DNA from: Bacteroidota bacterium
Lineage (GTDB): Bacteria > Bacteroidota > Bacteroidia > Bacteroidales > GCA-2748055
Length of the DNA: 64,000 bases
Direction of reading: 5' to 3'
Assembly (NCBI GenBank): GCA_039714775.1
Contig: JBDLIQ010000007.1
Coordinates: forward strand, 613-64,612
The position numbers and the translations under genes are program-made. The notes beneath the pieces are model-generated. The model searched no databases. It was given only the letters and a program-made list of their open reading frames with translations, and was not told the DNA's origin. Positions 42,629-52,675 of the stretch are shown one piece after another; positions within the stretch are counted from its first letter, which is position 1; each line of letters opens with the position of its first letter.

Positions 42629-43339
42629 TTAGAATCTATTATGTATCTCCTCTTTCAGATCATTAAACCTGCTCTGATCGCAGTGCTTGGAGTAGATCCC
42701 AATAAAATCGGTTACCTCCTCTTTTACAAACAGATAGCTTAAAAAGGAGTCAAACAGGTTGAAATCACAGCTCAGCTTAATTTGATCCATGACTGCCTTG
42801 AACTGATCGAAATCTATCCGGTGCGGTGCAGAGAAAAAGTACCTGTTCCTGTTGTTGGCATCCCGGAAAACCCCCTCCTCCACCTTATCGTATTCAATAT
42901 ATTTCTTGTACACCACATGGGCGTTGTCAGCCGGCACTTTTTTATCATTCAGAAATTTGATTCCGGCAGATTCAAATTCTGAGATAAGCAGTGGCAGATC
43001 CTTGCGGTTGTTCACATTGACCCGGATGCACTGGTAGGTGTGTTTGTTAAAGCTGATCTGTCCCGGAAACACTTTGATTGCCAGGCTCTGTTTCTGTCTC
43101 AGGTTGGCTGTTAATCTCAGTACCAGGTCCTGAAAACAGATCACCTGGTTTTTCACAAGCAGGTAAAGGTGCCTGTCTGTCAGATGTTTTTGATTGGGGG
43201 GGAAGTTGTTTTTGGCATAGTAATCGGGCGAAGCGGATGATTCGAGAACCAGTCGGTCGAGTGAACCACTCACTGGTGAACGTGATACATCGGCATCAAA
43301 TTCAAAGCAGGTAAAACCTTCAATTTCATTTTCTTTCAT
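42629..43339 (-). CDS. Hypothetical protein, paralog of 55087..55809
   Basis: 236 aa; shares PxYY, (I/F)RV, (D/W)xxF, NxFD and DF(I/L)xIY blocks with the first gene of the operon. Confidence 0.7.
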   Translation of the reverse strand: MKENEIEGFTCFEFDADVSRSPVSGSLDRLVLESSASPDYYAKNNFPPNQKHLTDRHLYLLVKNQVICFQDLVLRLTANLRQKQSLAIKVFPGQISFNKHTYQCIRVNVNNRKDLPLLISEFESAGIKFLNDKKVPADNAHVVYKKYIEYDKVEEGVFRDANNRNRYFFSAPHRIDFDQFKAVMDQIKLSCDFNLFDSFLSYLFVKEEVTDFIGIYSKHCDQSRFNDLKEEIHNRF

Positions 43340-43403
43340 GGCAATTGTTGTTAGTGTGCAATCTCTGTTTTGAGTCCCGGAGTTGAATTCCCGGGATTTG
43401 CTT

Positions 43404-44387
43404 CTAATACCCGGCGTCTGAAAAGTATTTCATGAACTGGGTTCGTTCGTAGAGTACAGGCTGTTTGATGTTGTGCTGGCTGGCGTGTCCCCGGAAGTCG
43501 GCAATGGCATCATACTCGTGCCGTTTCATCCACTCTTTCAGGGTGTTGAGCATCTCTTCGATCACCTTTGGGCCCTCTTTATAAATGGCGGAAACCGTCT
43601 GTACCACCTGCGCTCCCACCAGCAGGTTCTTGATGACAGTCTCTCCGTCATAGACCCCCCTGGAGGCAGCCATGTCCATGCGGATCTTTTCGTAGAGGAT
43701 CCCGATCCAGCGAATGGTCATCACATTCAGCTCTTTGCAGCTATAGATATCCCCGGGGACTATCTTTTCGCGTTCGATGTCCACATCGGGACTGTAGAAC
43801 CTGTTGAACAGGACCACGGCCGATGCTTTGGTCTGTGACAGTTTATGGACAAAGTTGGCCAGCCCCGAGAAGTAGTAGCTGATCTTCAGTGCAAAGGGGA
43901 TGTTGATGGCATCGCTGATCTGCTCGATGATGTCAAAGTAGACCTGCTCCTTCTTCTCGCCGGTCTGGTCGATTTCGGCCGGCAGCAAGAAGAGGTTGAT
44001 CTCCAGTGCATCGGCTCCCGCCTCCTCGATCATCTTGGCATAGTTGGTCCACCCCTCGGCAGAGACGCAGTTAACACTGGCAATAACCGGTATGCTGAGT
44101 GCCTCCTTGTTCTCCTTGATAAGCTTTACGTACTGCGTCAGGTTGTGCTTTTTGGAGTAGTACATGGCATAGTACTCCTGGTCGGAAAATGAACCGTACA
44201 TGTTGTTGAGCCGCTGCTCGTCTACATCATGCAGGATCTGCTCCTCAAAAAGGGATTTAAGCACGATGGCTCCTGCACCCGCTTTTTCGTAAGCGATGGA
44301 GTTTTCAATGTTCTCTGTCAGTCCCGAGCTTCCCACAATGATGGGGCTCTTTAACTGCAATCCCATGTAGCTGGTTGAAAGGTCCAT
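43404..44387 (-). CDS. Dihydroorotate dehydrogenase-like FMN protein lacking the catalytic Cys
   Basis: LSTSYMGLQLKSPIIVGSS, GAIVLKSLFEEQI, LFNRFYSPD, ERTQFMK; ALEINLF in place of ELNxSCP. Confidence 0.88.
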   Translation of the reverse strand: MDLSTSYMGLQLKSPIIVGSSGLTENIENSIAYEKAGAGAIVLKSLFEEQILHDVDEQRLNNMYGSFSDQEYYAMYYSKKHNLTQYVKLIKENKEALSIPVIASVNCVSAEGWTNYAKMIEEAGADALEINLFLLPAEIDQTGEKKEQVYFDIIEQISDAINIPFALKISYYFSGLANFVHKLSQTKASAVVLFNRFYSPDVDIEREKIVPGDIYSCKELNVMTIRWIGILYEKIRMDMAASRGVYDGETVIKNLLVGAQVVQTVSAIYKEGPKVIEEMLNTLKEWMKRHEYDAIADFRGHASQHNIKQPVLYERTQFMKYFSDAGY

Positions 44388-44400
44388 AATAGTTAGGTAG

Positions 44401-46215
44401 TTAGGTAGTTGTTTTTTTTGAATCTTCAAAAAGGAATTCATCAATCCCCCTGGCTGCCTTGTGTCCGTTGGCGATGCCGTGGATCACATCGGGCCCCTGG
44501 ATGATATCACCTCCCAGGAAGAGCCAGGGCACACCGCTCTGGAAATCCTCGTTCACCTTGATCCGTCCCCGCTTGTCGATCTCCAGCTCATGTTTGAGAT
44601 CTTCGGAGAGGTAGGAGAGGTCCATCCCCTGTCCGATCGATTCAACCACCATGCTCCCCTCAAAGAACTTCAGGTTATCCATGTTGCACTGGGGATTGAA
44701 CTTTCCTTCTTCATCAAAGAGGGAGTGGCACTGGGCCACATGCAACCCCTTGATCTTATCGTTTTCGATCTCGATGCGCTGGGGTGCCCATCCGGGATTA
44801 ACCACTGCATCCTCTTCCCTTGCCTCAACCACCTCTTCGCGGTCGGCAGGCATCTTATCTTCGGTCTCAAGGCTGGTGGCAATGATCCCCGCCTTTCCAT
44901 ACTTCTGCTTCTGCAGCCGGGCCAGTGAACGGGTGATGTCCATGGCCACGTTACCACCTCCGATCACCACGATCTTCTCGGCAAGCGGTACCTCTTTGCC
45001 CAGGGTGATGTCGCGGAGCAGGTCGATGGACTGGTGAACATCTTTGTGGTCGCTTCCTTCGATCCGGGTACTGCGTCCCAGGTGGAGACCCGTTCCGGAA
45101 AATACCGCATCATACTGCTCACCCAGCTCCTCGAGTGTAATATCACTGCCCACGTTGGTGTTGTACCTGATCTCCACGCCCAGGGACTCAATGTAGTTGA
45201 TGTCCTTGTCAATCTGGTCGTAGGGAAGACGGTATTCGGGGATCCCGAACCGCATCATCCCACCGGCTTCGGAGAGTTTTTCAAATATGGTGCATTCGTA
45301 ACCCATCAGTGCTAAATAGTGGGCCGCTGACAGTCCGCTGGGGCCTGAACCAATAATAGCGATTTTTTTCCCATTCTTCTCAATGAACTCCGAATTAAGT
45401 ATCTTCTTATACCTGTCTGAGGGGTTCTGATCGGCAATGTATCTCTTCAGCCAGCGAATGGAGAGGGCCTCGCCCCTGTGTCCCAATGTGCAGACTGTCT
45501 CGCACTTATGGGTGCAAATTCGTCCGCATATCTCGGGCAGCGGGTTGGTGTCATACAAGATGCGCAACCCCTCTTCCAGGTCATCGTTGCGGATGGCCTT
45601 GATGTATTCGGGGATGCCCATGTGTGCCGGACAGGTGGCGGTACAGATGCCGCACTCCACACAGCGGTCGGCCTCTTTCTCTGCCTGCTCTTTAGAGTAT
45701 CCCGTTACCATCTCTACGAATGAATCTCCCCGCTTTTCGGGCGAAAGGTGGTCCATGGAGACCCGCTCCAGGTTGTAGAACTCATAATTGGGTTCCGGTT
45801 TTTTCCACCCCTTCTCTTCGCTGTCCCACGGTTTTTCATCCACGCCCGGAATAAACCTGTACTGTTCGGGATCCTCCTCCACCCAGGTATAGGCGTTGGT
45901 GAGGCTGAGTGAGCCTGTGGTACAGATATCGACGCAGAGTCCGCACCAGCAGCAACGGCCATAGTCTACCAGGGGCCTCAGTCCGCTGTCCCCCTCTTTT
46001 GTCTCCACACCCTCTACCGGGACCAGGTCGATGGCCTCATTTTCACAGATGGTTTCGCAGGTGCCACAACCAATGCAAGTCTCAATGTCGTTTTTGTGAA
46101 AACCCCTGTACCTGTCAGCCCCCGGCCTTTCGCCGATGGGATCTTTCAGGGCTACCGGTTTTTCAAAGGCCTTTCTCCAGGCTGTAAAGGGGGAGAATAT
46201 ATCTTTCAGGCTCAT
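44401..46215 (-). CDS. MbsN/NuoI-like 2x[4Fe-4S] domain fused to a GltD-like FAD/Fe-S oxidoreductase
   Basis: YRGFH, CIGCGTCETIC, CCWCGLCVDIC; then RCVECGICTATCP, ICGRICTHKCETVC, GSGPSGL, GGMMRFGIPEYRLP, GGGNVAMD. Confidence 0.9.
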   Translation of the reverse strand: MSLKDIFSPFTAWRKAFEKPVALKDPIGERPGADRYRGFHKNDIETCIGCGTCETICENEAIDLVPVEGVETKEGDSGLRPLVDYGRCCWCGLCVDICTTGSLSLTNAYTWVEEDPEQYRFIPGVDEKPWDSEEKGWKKPEPNYEFYNLERVSMDHLSPEKRGDSFVEMVTGYSKEQAEKEADRCVECGICTATCPAHMGIPEYIKAIRNDDLEEGLRILYDTNPLPEICGRICTHKCETVCTLGHRGEALSIRWLKRYIADQNPSDRYKKILNSEFIEKNGKKIAIIGSGPSGLSAAHYLALMGYECTIFEKLSEAGGMMRFGIPEYRLPYDQIDKDINYIESLGVEIRYNTNVGSDITLEELGEQYDAVFSGTGLHLGRSTRIEGSDHKDVHQSIDLLRDITLGKEVPLAEKIVVIGGGNVAMDITRSLARLQKQKYGKAGIIATSLETEDKMPADREEVVEAREEDAVVNPGWAPQRIEIENDKIKGLHVAQCHSLFDEEGKFNPQCNMDNLKFFEGSMVVESIGQGMDLSYLSEDLKHELEIDKRGRIKVNEDFQSGVPWLFLGGDIIQGPDVIHGIANGHKAARGIDEFLFEDSKKTTT

Positions 46216-46235
46216 GATCGCTCTGTTTAATGTTG

Positions 46236-47426
46236 TTATCGTTCAATTTCCGGTGGACAGGTGGCCAGGGAGACCATGATGGAGGAGACATCTGAGATGT
46301 TCGCTCCCTCCAACAGTTTCTCCAGCAGTGCCATTGCATGGGTATAGCTGGGTCCGCGCAGGTTGATCCTTCTTGGATAGATGGAGCCGTCGGCCACCAT
46401 GTAGAAGAGGTACTCTCCCCGGCTCGATTCGCTCCGTACCAGGGTCTCTCCTTTGGGTACTTTCCAGTGCAATACGTTGGGTGTTTCGGCCCTGATGTCT
46501 CCCTTTTCGGGCATCTTTGCCATGATCTGCCTGAGCAGGTCGATGGTGGTATCCACATCCCTTCGGCGAACATGGAAGCGGGCAAAAACATCCGATTCCT
46601 GTGCGGTGTTAACCCCGAAGTCGAGCTGGTCATAGTAGAGGTAGGGGTAGTCCTTGCGAACATCCCTTTCATAGCCTGCAGCACGTGCAACCGGTCCGGT
46701 GGCACCATAGCGATCGATCCAGTCGGCCGGAACAATCCCGATCCCTTTGGTCCGCTTCTTAAATACTGCGTTTGCATAGACCACCCTGTCCACATCCTTC
46801 ATAAAGGATTCGATCTTCACAAGGTTCTCCTCCAGCCGCGTTTTGAAGCCATCGGGCAGCAGTCCCCTCACCCCGCCAGGCAGGATGTACATGTGGTAAA
46901 CGCGTCCTCCGGTGAGCTCCTCGAACCGGTCCAGAATCAGCTCCCTGTAGTAGAGACCCCACGTTCCCGGCAGTCCGAGCCCGATGGTACCTCCCTGGCC
47001 GGGTACGCTTCTGAGCAGAACCTGCAGTCTTGCCAGTTCCAGTGCCATCATCCTGAGCCATTGGGCCATCTCAGGAACTTCGATCCCCGACAAAATTTCG
47101 GTACCCCGTGCCAGATTGTATTCGTTGGAGTCCGGTTCGGGGACACACATGCGGATGGAGGTGGGGAAGCACTGCATGTACCTGCGGCGCTCGAACAGTT
47201 TTTCAAATCCACGGTGCAGGTAGCCCACATGGGTTTTGGACTCCATGATCTCATCTCCGCTGATGGTCAGCTCGAGCGCCATGTTCCCGGTTATCCCGGG
47301 ATGGTTGGGACCCTGCCACACCTTGATGTACTTCTGTGATTCGAGGTCCACATCCGGTTTCCCATCCTCGTTGAGCCCGGGAAACAGGTTTCTTTCATTC
47401 TTCCAGTTAAATATCTTATTGCTCAT
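46236..47426 (-). CDS. mbxL: MbsL/MbxL (NuoD-like large subunit without NiFe CxxC motifs)
   Basis: GPNHPG, GYLHRGFEKL, RMCVPEPD, C-terminal TCPPEIER. Confidence 0.85.
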   Translation of the reverse strand: MSNKIFNWKNERNLFPGLNEDGKPDVDLESQKYIKVWQGPNHPGITGNMALELTISGDEIMESKTHVGYLHRGFEKLFERRRYMQCFPTSIRMCVPEPDSNEYNLARGTEILSGIEVPEMAQWLRMMALELARLQVLLRSVPGQGGTIGLGLPGTWGLYYRELILDRFEELTGGRVYHMYILPGGVRGLLPDGFKTRLEENLVKIESFMKDVDRVVYANAVFKKRTKGIGIVPADWIDRYGATGPVARAAGYERDVRKDYPYLYYDQLDFGVNTAQESDVFARFHVRRRDVDTTIDLLRQIMAKMPEKGDIRAETPNVLHWKVPKGETLVRSESSRGEYLFYMVADGSIYPRRINLRGPSYTHAMALLEKLLEGANISDVSSIMVSLATCPPEIER

Positions 47427-47946
47427 CCGGGTAAAGCTTTTGTTTCATGTACTGGGCAGGGTCGTTGGTCTCTCTGCCCGGTCTCGGGAAAAAGGTATCC
47501 TCCGAATACTGCTTTGTGTCGAAATCCCTGCGCATGGGAGGAGTGTTGTCCCACCCTTCGAGCAGAAATGGTTCATCCACACGGGGACTTCCGGGGAAGT
47601 CGATGCCAAACATCTCTTTGATCTCCCGCTGGAAAGTGGCAGCATGCTCCCAGAGCTCATGAATGGAGTCCATGGTGGCACTGTCGCGGTCGATAAAGAC
47701 CCTGATTCCCAGGTCGCTCTTTTCGGCCGGGTTGTTGACCGCATAGGTGAGCTGGAATTTTCCCTCTTCGAGCCAGTCCACCGCGGAGAGGATCACCAGG
47801 ATGGTGTATCCATGGTTCTCCTTCAGGCTGGTGATCATGGGGATCAGCTTTGGAGCCTCCAGCGAAACAAATGTTTGCCCGTCTGGCGTCTCCTTTATCT
47901 CGGTGATGGAGAATTGCTCCTTTAAATGACTTATCATCTCGTTCAT
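47416..47946 (-). CDS. mbxK: MbsK/MbxK (NuoC-like)
   Basis: LSAVDW, FQREIKEMFGIDFPG, PPMRRDF; probable start ATG 47946. Confidence 0.85.
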   Translation of the reverse strand: MNEMISHLKEQFSITEIKETPDGQTFVSLEAPKLIPMITSLKENHGYTILVILSAVDWLEEGKFQLTYAVNNPAEKSDLGIRVFIDRDSATMDSIHELWEHAATFQREIKEMFGIDFPGSPRVDEPFLLEGWDNTPPMRRDFDTKQYSEDTFFPRPGRETNDPAQYMKQKLYPDEQ

Positions 47947-47956
47947 GATCTCTGTT

Positions 47957-48631
47957 TTACCAGTTATAGGTGGGCATGTTCCAGTCCTTGATGATCTTTT
48001 TCTGGTTGGCCTTGTACCAGTCCAGGTTCTCTGCATAGTGGTTGGCGCCCTCGGCGTTGCCGCTTTTGATCCGCTCCTTCAGTTTGTTAAATCCTGCAAG
48101 AATGGCTTCGGGCCGTGGCATGCATCCTGCAATGTAGGTGTCAACGGGCAGATAGTGATCCAGCCTGTTGATGGTGTTGTAGCTGTCCCAGTACATGCCT
48201 CCGTTGATGGTGCAGCTGCCCAGGGCAATCACATACTTTGGATTCTGCATCTGTTCATAGCTTCGGATGGCCCGTTTCAGGGTCTTTACCGCCAGGTAAC
48301 CCGAGATGATCAGAACACCCGACTGGCGTGGTGTAGGGCGCATCGCCACCCCGTAGCGGTAGGCATCGAACCGGGGAGAGAAGAGGGGAGGAAGTTCAAT
48401 ACTTCCACAACCGGTTCCATAGGCCAGTACCCAGAGTGATTCGGCACGTGCCCAGTTCAGGAATTTCTCCAGGACCCCCTTATAGGGCGCCTCCACCTTG
48501 GGCAGATCCTGGCAGAAGTAATCGTTCAACGGATCCACCTGGATCTGTTCCCCATCAGGTCCGGTGACCACATGCTTCCTGTTTTCAGGAGCCAGGAACT
48601 TATCAGTAGGTATATCTTTTTTATCAGGCAT
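47957..48631 (-). CDS. mbxJ: MbsJ/MbxJ (NuoB-like [4Fe-4S] subunit with three Cys ligands)
   Basis: GTGCGSIE, TPRQS, PKYVIALGSC, PVDTYIAGCMPRPE. Confidence 0.87.
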   Translation of the reverse strand: MPDKKDIPTDKFLAPENRKHVVTGPDGEQIQVDPLNDYFCQDLPKVEAPYKGVLEKFLNWARAESLWVLAYGTGCGSIELPPLFSPRFDAYRYGVAMRPTPRQSGVLIISGYLAVKTLKRAIRSYEQMQNPKYVIALGSCTINGGMYWDSYNTINRLDHYLPVDTYIAGCMPRPEAILAGFNKLKERIKSGNAEGANHYAENLDWYKANQKKIIKDWNMPTYNW

Positions 48632-48635
48632 ATCT

Positions 48636-49544
48636 CTAAATAATAAATATTACAATAGCTGCGACCCCGATTACAAGCGGGATCTTAAGCAACCAGGGAA
48701 TGGATTGATCCACACGGAAGCGGGGAAATACCATCCCCACAAACACCGACCAGAAATAGATCAGGAAGGTCTTCAGGATCAGCATGCCCCAGTTGGTGGC
48801 TCCTCCGAAAAAGAGATTCATATAGAGGACCGCCTCCACCACGTGGAGAATGGCCCGGTTGGTCTGCAGCACACCCAGGAAGGTGCCATGGTATTCGGTG
48901 GGTGGTCCGATGGGATTCTCCTGTGGAGCCATCACCACATTGAAGGGTGAGTGTCCCATGGCACCCAGGAATGATAGCATGGCAGCAGCGGTTGCCAGGG
49001 GATTGGTGAACAGGGTCCAGTGCAGGATCCCGCCCTGCTGTGCTGCAACGATCTCTGTAAGCGACAGTGTGTTGTACTGGATGGCTATGGAGAGGATCGC
49101 CAGTGTTAATGGCAATTCAATGGCAGTAAATTGTGCCAGTCCGCGGGAGATCCCGATGGCAGAGTAGGGGTGACCACCCTCTCCGGCACCCAGGGCCATC
49201 CCCAGCATTCCGAAGAACATGAAGTAGGCGATCAGGATCAGGTCACCGGTAAAGGAGAAATTGCTCCAGTACTCGGAGCCGAAGATCATCGGCATAAAGA
49301 GGAAGATCCCTACACCACCCGATAGCCTGAACACAGGTCCCAGGTAGAACATCACCCCGTGCGTCAGCTGGGTGCGGATGCTGTAGTTCTTCACCAGGTT
49401 GATATAGGGCTGGTAGATCTTGATTCCCCGGCGCATACCTACCCTGGCGATAATTTTCCGGATGATCCCCGACATGATAAGACCCCAGTTCAACACAATG
49501 AACAGGCCTGCCAGGACAAATACTATTCTTAAAAAGAGACTCAT
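48636..49544 (-). CDS. mbxM: MbsM/MbxM (NuoH-like membrane anchor)
   Basis: RKIIARV..R.G..IYQP, PFNV..APQE..GPPTEY, FPRFRVDQ. Confidence 0.87.
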   Translation of the reverse strand: MSLFLRIVFVLAGLFIVLNWGLIMSGIIRKIIARVGMRRGIKIYQPYINLVKNYSIRTQLTHGVMFYLGPVFRLSGGVGIFLFMPMIFGSEYWSNFSFTGDLILIAYFMFFGMLGMALGAGEGGHPYSAIGISRGLAQFTAIELPLTLAILSIAIQYNTLSLTEIVAAQQGGILHWTLFTNPLATAAAMLSFLGAMGHSPFNVVMAPQENPIGPPTEYHGTFLGVLQTNRAILHVVEAVLYMNLFFGGATNWGMLILKTFLIYFWSVFVGMVFPRFRVDQSIPWLLKIPLVIGVAAIVIFII

Positions 49545-52500
49545 AATGAAAACATTAGCATATAAATTACAACCATATAGATCAGGATATGCACCACGTA
49601 GGTCTGCCCGTTCCCTGAGTAGATCCTGCGAACGTTGTCAGCCACCTGGTGGGAGAGTGAATGAACCCCGTTCCAGAATCCAGTGGCAACCGGGATTGAA
49701 AGGAACCCGACGGCCCTGAAATAGTGTGAGAACATGTTGTGCGAAAAGTGGGTGGTTTCTGGCTTAAAGGGCCTCTCTCCTGCATATACGATATTGAACT
49801 GCTTAACTTTTTGTGCTTTACGGCTCATGATCCAGAGCCATGATGCCAGGATAACGAACATGATCATGATGACCGACATGATCTTCCATCCACTCCAGGT
49901 TCCCAGGTTGGTGGTGGCGGTGACATTTTCCCAGGTCAGCGGATCGGAGGGGAAGTAGCTGCTCTGTGCCAGCATACTCCCTATCGGTTTCAGCACCAGG
50001 TCGGGCCGGGCCGAAAACAGCAGTATGCCAACGATCAGGATGGCCTGTGGGATGATGTACCACACCGGAACCTCCCTGACCTTTCGGAACCTGTCCTTGG
50101 GTTGTCCCAGAAAGACCGAATGGATCAGTTTAAATGCATACAAAAAGGCGATGGTTCCTGAAAAGAAGACCAATGCCCCCTGGAAGTACCATCCTTTGGA
50201 GAGCACTGCATTGTAAAAGAGCCATTTTCCTGCAAAACCGGCCAGGGGCGGAATTCCTGCCAGGGTAATGATCCCTATCAGGACTGCAATGAAGCTCCAG
50301 GGCATCTGTTTGATCAGTCCGCCCATCTCATACATTTTATGTGTTTTTACCCGCATCACCACCCCGCCAATGGCAAGGAAGAGCAGGGTCTTAAAGAGAA
50401 AGTGGTTGATGGAGTAGGTGAGTGCGGTGAGCCAGCCAACGTTGGTCATAAAAGCCAGTGCGAAGAGGATGTAACCCAGGTTACCCACACTGGAGTAAGC
50501 CAGCAGGCGCTTGGCATCCTCCTGGAACACGGCCATCAGGTTTCCTCCCAGGGCAGTAATGGCACCCAGCCATCCAAGCATATAGAGGAGGCCATGCTGT
50601 TCGGACTGCTCGGCCCCCATGTAGAGGAAGAGCAGGATCAGACCGAAGGCGCCTCCTTTCAGCAGGATCCCCGATACCATGGGAGATACATCCGATTCAG
50701 CCTCGGCATGTGCACCCGGCAACCAGATGTGGAGTCCCAGGGCAGCTGTTTTGGTCAGGAATCCAATGGCCAGCAGGGTGTAGCTCCAGCCCGGGAAATG
50801 GCTTCCCGAGAGGATGAACATATCCAGTGAGGTTTGCCCAAAGTGGGAGAGTGCGATCCCCGCAAAGATCAGGTAGGCACCTCCCAGGGAGAAGAGCATG
50901 TAGTTAAATGCATGCTTCATGCTCCGTTTTCCTCTGAGAATCAGGATATAGGACCCAAGTGTCATCAGCTCCCATGCAAAGAAGAACTGGAACAGGTTTT
51001 CGGCTTCGACCAGGCCAATGAGCCCGGCATACATCATCACCGCAAAGGGGAAGAACCCTTCCCGCTTGCCCTTTACCGAATAGCCGGCAAAGAGGGTCAG
51101 GATACCACCGATCATGAAGATCCCGGAAAATATCAACCGCAGTGTGTCGCCCTCAATGGAGGGGTAGAGCCATATGGAGTAGGCGGCCATGCCCGCGATC
51201 ACCAGGGTGTTTTTGATCCATGCAGGCAGGAAGTCTACCATAAACAGCAGGATGATGAAGAGGATGGGGAGCAGGTTCAGTGTGCCTCCCAATTCAGACA
51301 TGCTGTTTACATAGTAGGAGACTGCAAGTACAAGAATGGTGAACACCAGGGGAGGAAGGATCTTTTCCCACCTGATCTCGAGGCTGCTCCCGGTCTCCTG
51401 TTCGCCCTTCATGGCATAACCGAACCACCTGAAGAGGTAGAGTCCCTCAAACAATGAGCCAACAAGGATCACAGCGATCCAGATGAACATCTGTTGCTGC
51501 GAGAGCTCCATGATGAGCTGCCATTTTCCGTAGAAAGAGGGAAAAGGAGGGAAGCCCATGAGCGTCAGAAGAAACAGTCCGAACATAAAGATCATCAGCC
51601 TGCTTTTTCGAAGCACGGACCACTCAGTGATGGACTCTTTCTTTACAATTCCGGAGATCCAGAAGAGGCCCGCTTTGGCAAGAAAATGGCTGATAAATAT
51701 TGAGAGGAACACAAAATTAAAGTGTTCCCCCAGCTTGGGTGCAAGGCCCAGGATCACCAGCATCAGTCCGATCTGACCGATGGATGAGTATCCCAGTAAA
51801 CGGTTGCTGTTCTTCTGCGCAATGCCCAGGATGTTGGAACCTACGAAGGTGATGGCTCCGATCACCATCAGGTAAGGCAGCCAGCTGATCTGGCTCATGG
51901 GCAACAGTTTATATAATACAAAGATCGATGCAGTGGCGGTCCCCGAAGAGATCATGGCACTGACACCCGGGTGTGCAGCCTGGTACAGATCCAGGGCCCA
52001 TCCGTTGGCAGGAAAGGGTTTTAGTTCCAGCAGAATGGCCATCAGGATCAGAAACAGGGCCAGGGAGACCCCCTTGATGGCAGCAGGGTTGCTCTCTATG
52101 AATGTGTCGATGTTCAGCGTTCCGGTATGGAGGTAGAAAAAACCGATGCCAATCAGAAGAAATGCGGAGACCACACCCACTGCAATCAGGTATTTGAACC
52201 CGGCTGCAAATGGTTCATGGCCCTTTTTCAGATAGAGGAGTCCGGCCGTGGCAATGGAGACCACCTCAAGAAAAACAAAGAGGTTGAACATATCCCTCGA
52301 CATGACCAGCACATTCATCGCCATAACCAGTACAAGGAACAGCACGCTACCTTTGGTCCCCTGCTCCCTGAAATCCCTGTAGAGGTAGGTGAATCCAAGC
52401 AATCCAAGCAGGTTGATAAAGAGGGTGAAAAGCGACTCTTCCAACCCCATTCTCAGGTTGATCGAAAAGGGTGGTGTGGCACCGCCGGTAAAAATTTGTT

Positions 52501-52675
52501 GCGTCTCCTTCAGTCCGGAAGAGAGCAGATAGAGCCAGTCGGCCGAGACAAAAACCGCAAAGGCCAGGGAGAGCATGGATAGAATTCCGGCAAATCCTTG
52601 TTCATTCTTTCTAAATACTCCAAGCAGGAATGCTGAACCCAGCAGCACTGCGATAATATAGATGGGATTTACCAT
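49541..52675 (-). CDS. Fused MbsH-MbsH' (two MrpD/NuoN-type antiporter modules)
   Basis: 1044 aa with two modules: DMFNLFVFLEV..FKYL..LLGYSSIGQIG and FFFAWELM..HIWLPGAHAEA..LLAYSSVGNLG..GIPPLAGF. Confidence 0.88.
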   Translation of the reverse strand: MVNPIYIIAVLLGSAFLLGVFRKNEQGFAGILSMLSLAFAVFVSADWLYLLSSGLKETQQIFTGGATPPFSINLRMGLEESLFTLFINLLGLLGFTYLYRDFREQGTKGSVLFLVLVMAMNVLVMSRDMFNLFVFLEVVSIATAGLLYLKKGHEPFAAGFKYLIAVGVVSAFLLIGIGFFYLHTGTLNIDTFIESNPAAIKGVSLALFLILMAILLELKPFPANGWALDLYQAAHPGVSAMISSGTATASIFVLYKLLPMSQISWLPYLMVIGAITFVGSNILGIAQKNSNRLLGYSSIGQIGLMLVILGLAPKLGEHFNFVFLSIFISHFLAKAGLFWISGIVKKESITEWSVLRKSRLMIFMFGLFLLTLMGFPPFPSFYGKWQLIMELSQQQMFIWIAVILVGSLFEGLYLFRWFGYAMKGEQETGSSLEIRWEKILPPLVFTILVLAVSYYVNSMSELGGTLNLLPILFIILLFMVDFLPAWIKNTLVIAGMAAYSIWLYPSIEGDTLRLIFSGIFMIGGILTLFAGYSVKGKREGFFPFAVMMYAGLIGLVEAENLFQFFFAWELMTLGSYILILRGKRSMKHAFNYMLFSLGGAYLIFAGIALSHFGQTSLDMFILSGSHFPGWSYTLLAIGFLTKTAALGLHIWLPGAHAEAESDVSPMVSGILLKGGAFGLILLFLYMGAEQSEQHGLLYMLGWLGAITALGGNLMAVFQEDAKRLLAYSSVGNLGYILFALAFMTNVGWLTALTYSINHFLFKTLLFLAIGGVVMRVKTHKMYEMGGLIKQMPWSFIAVLIGIITLAGIPPLAGFAGKWLFYNAVLSKGWYFQGALVFFSGTIAFLYAFKLIHSVFLGQPKDRFRKVREVPVWYIIPQAILIVGILLFSARPDLVLKPIGSMLAQSSYFPSDPLTWENVTATTNLGTWSGWKIMSVIMIMFVILASWLWIMSRKAQKVKQFNIVYAGERPFKPETTHFSHNMFSHYFRAVGFLSIPVATGFWNGVHSLSHQVADNVRRIYSGNGQTYVVHILIYMVVIYMLMFSL

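Noticed and set aside
43404-44387. pyrD (pyrimidine biosynthesis)
   Set aside because: The catalytic NxSCP loop is absent and there is no pyrK or other pyr gene context.
44390-44410. TAGTTAGG short tandem repeat, with a similar run at about 22018-22038
   Set aside because: Two to three copies of an 8-mer are compatible with chance or slippage; no function can be supported.
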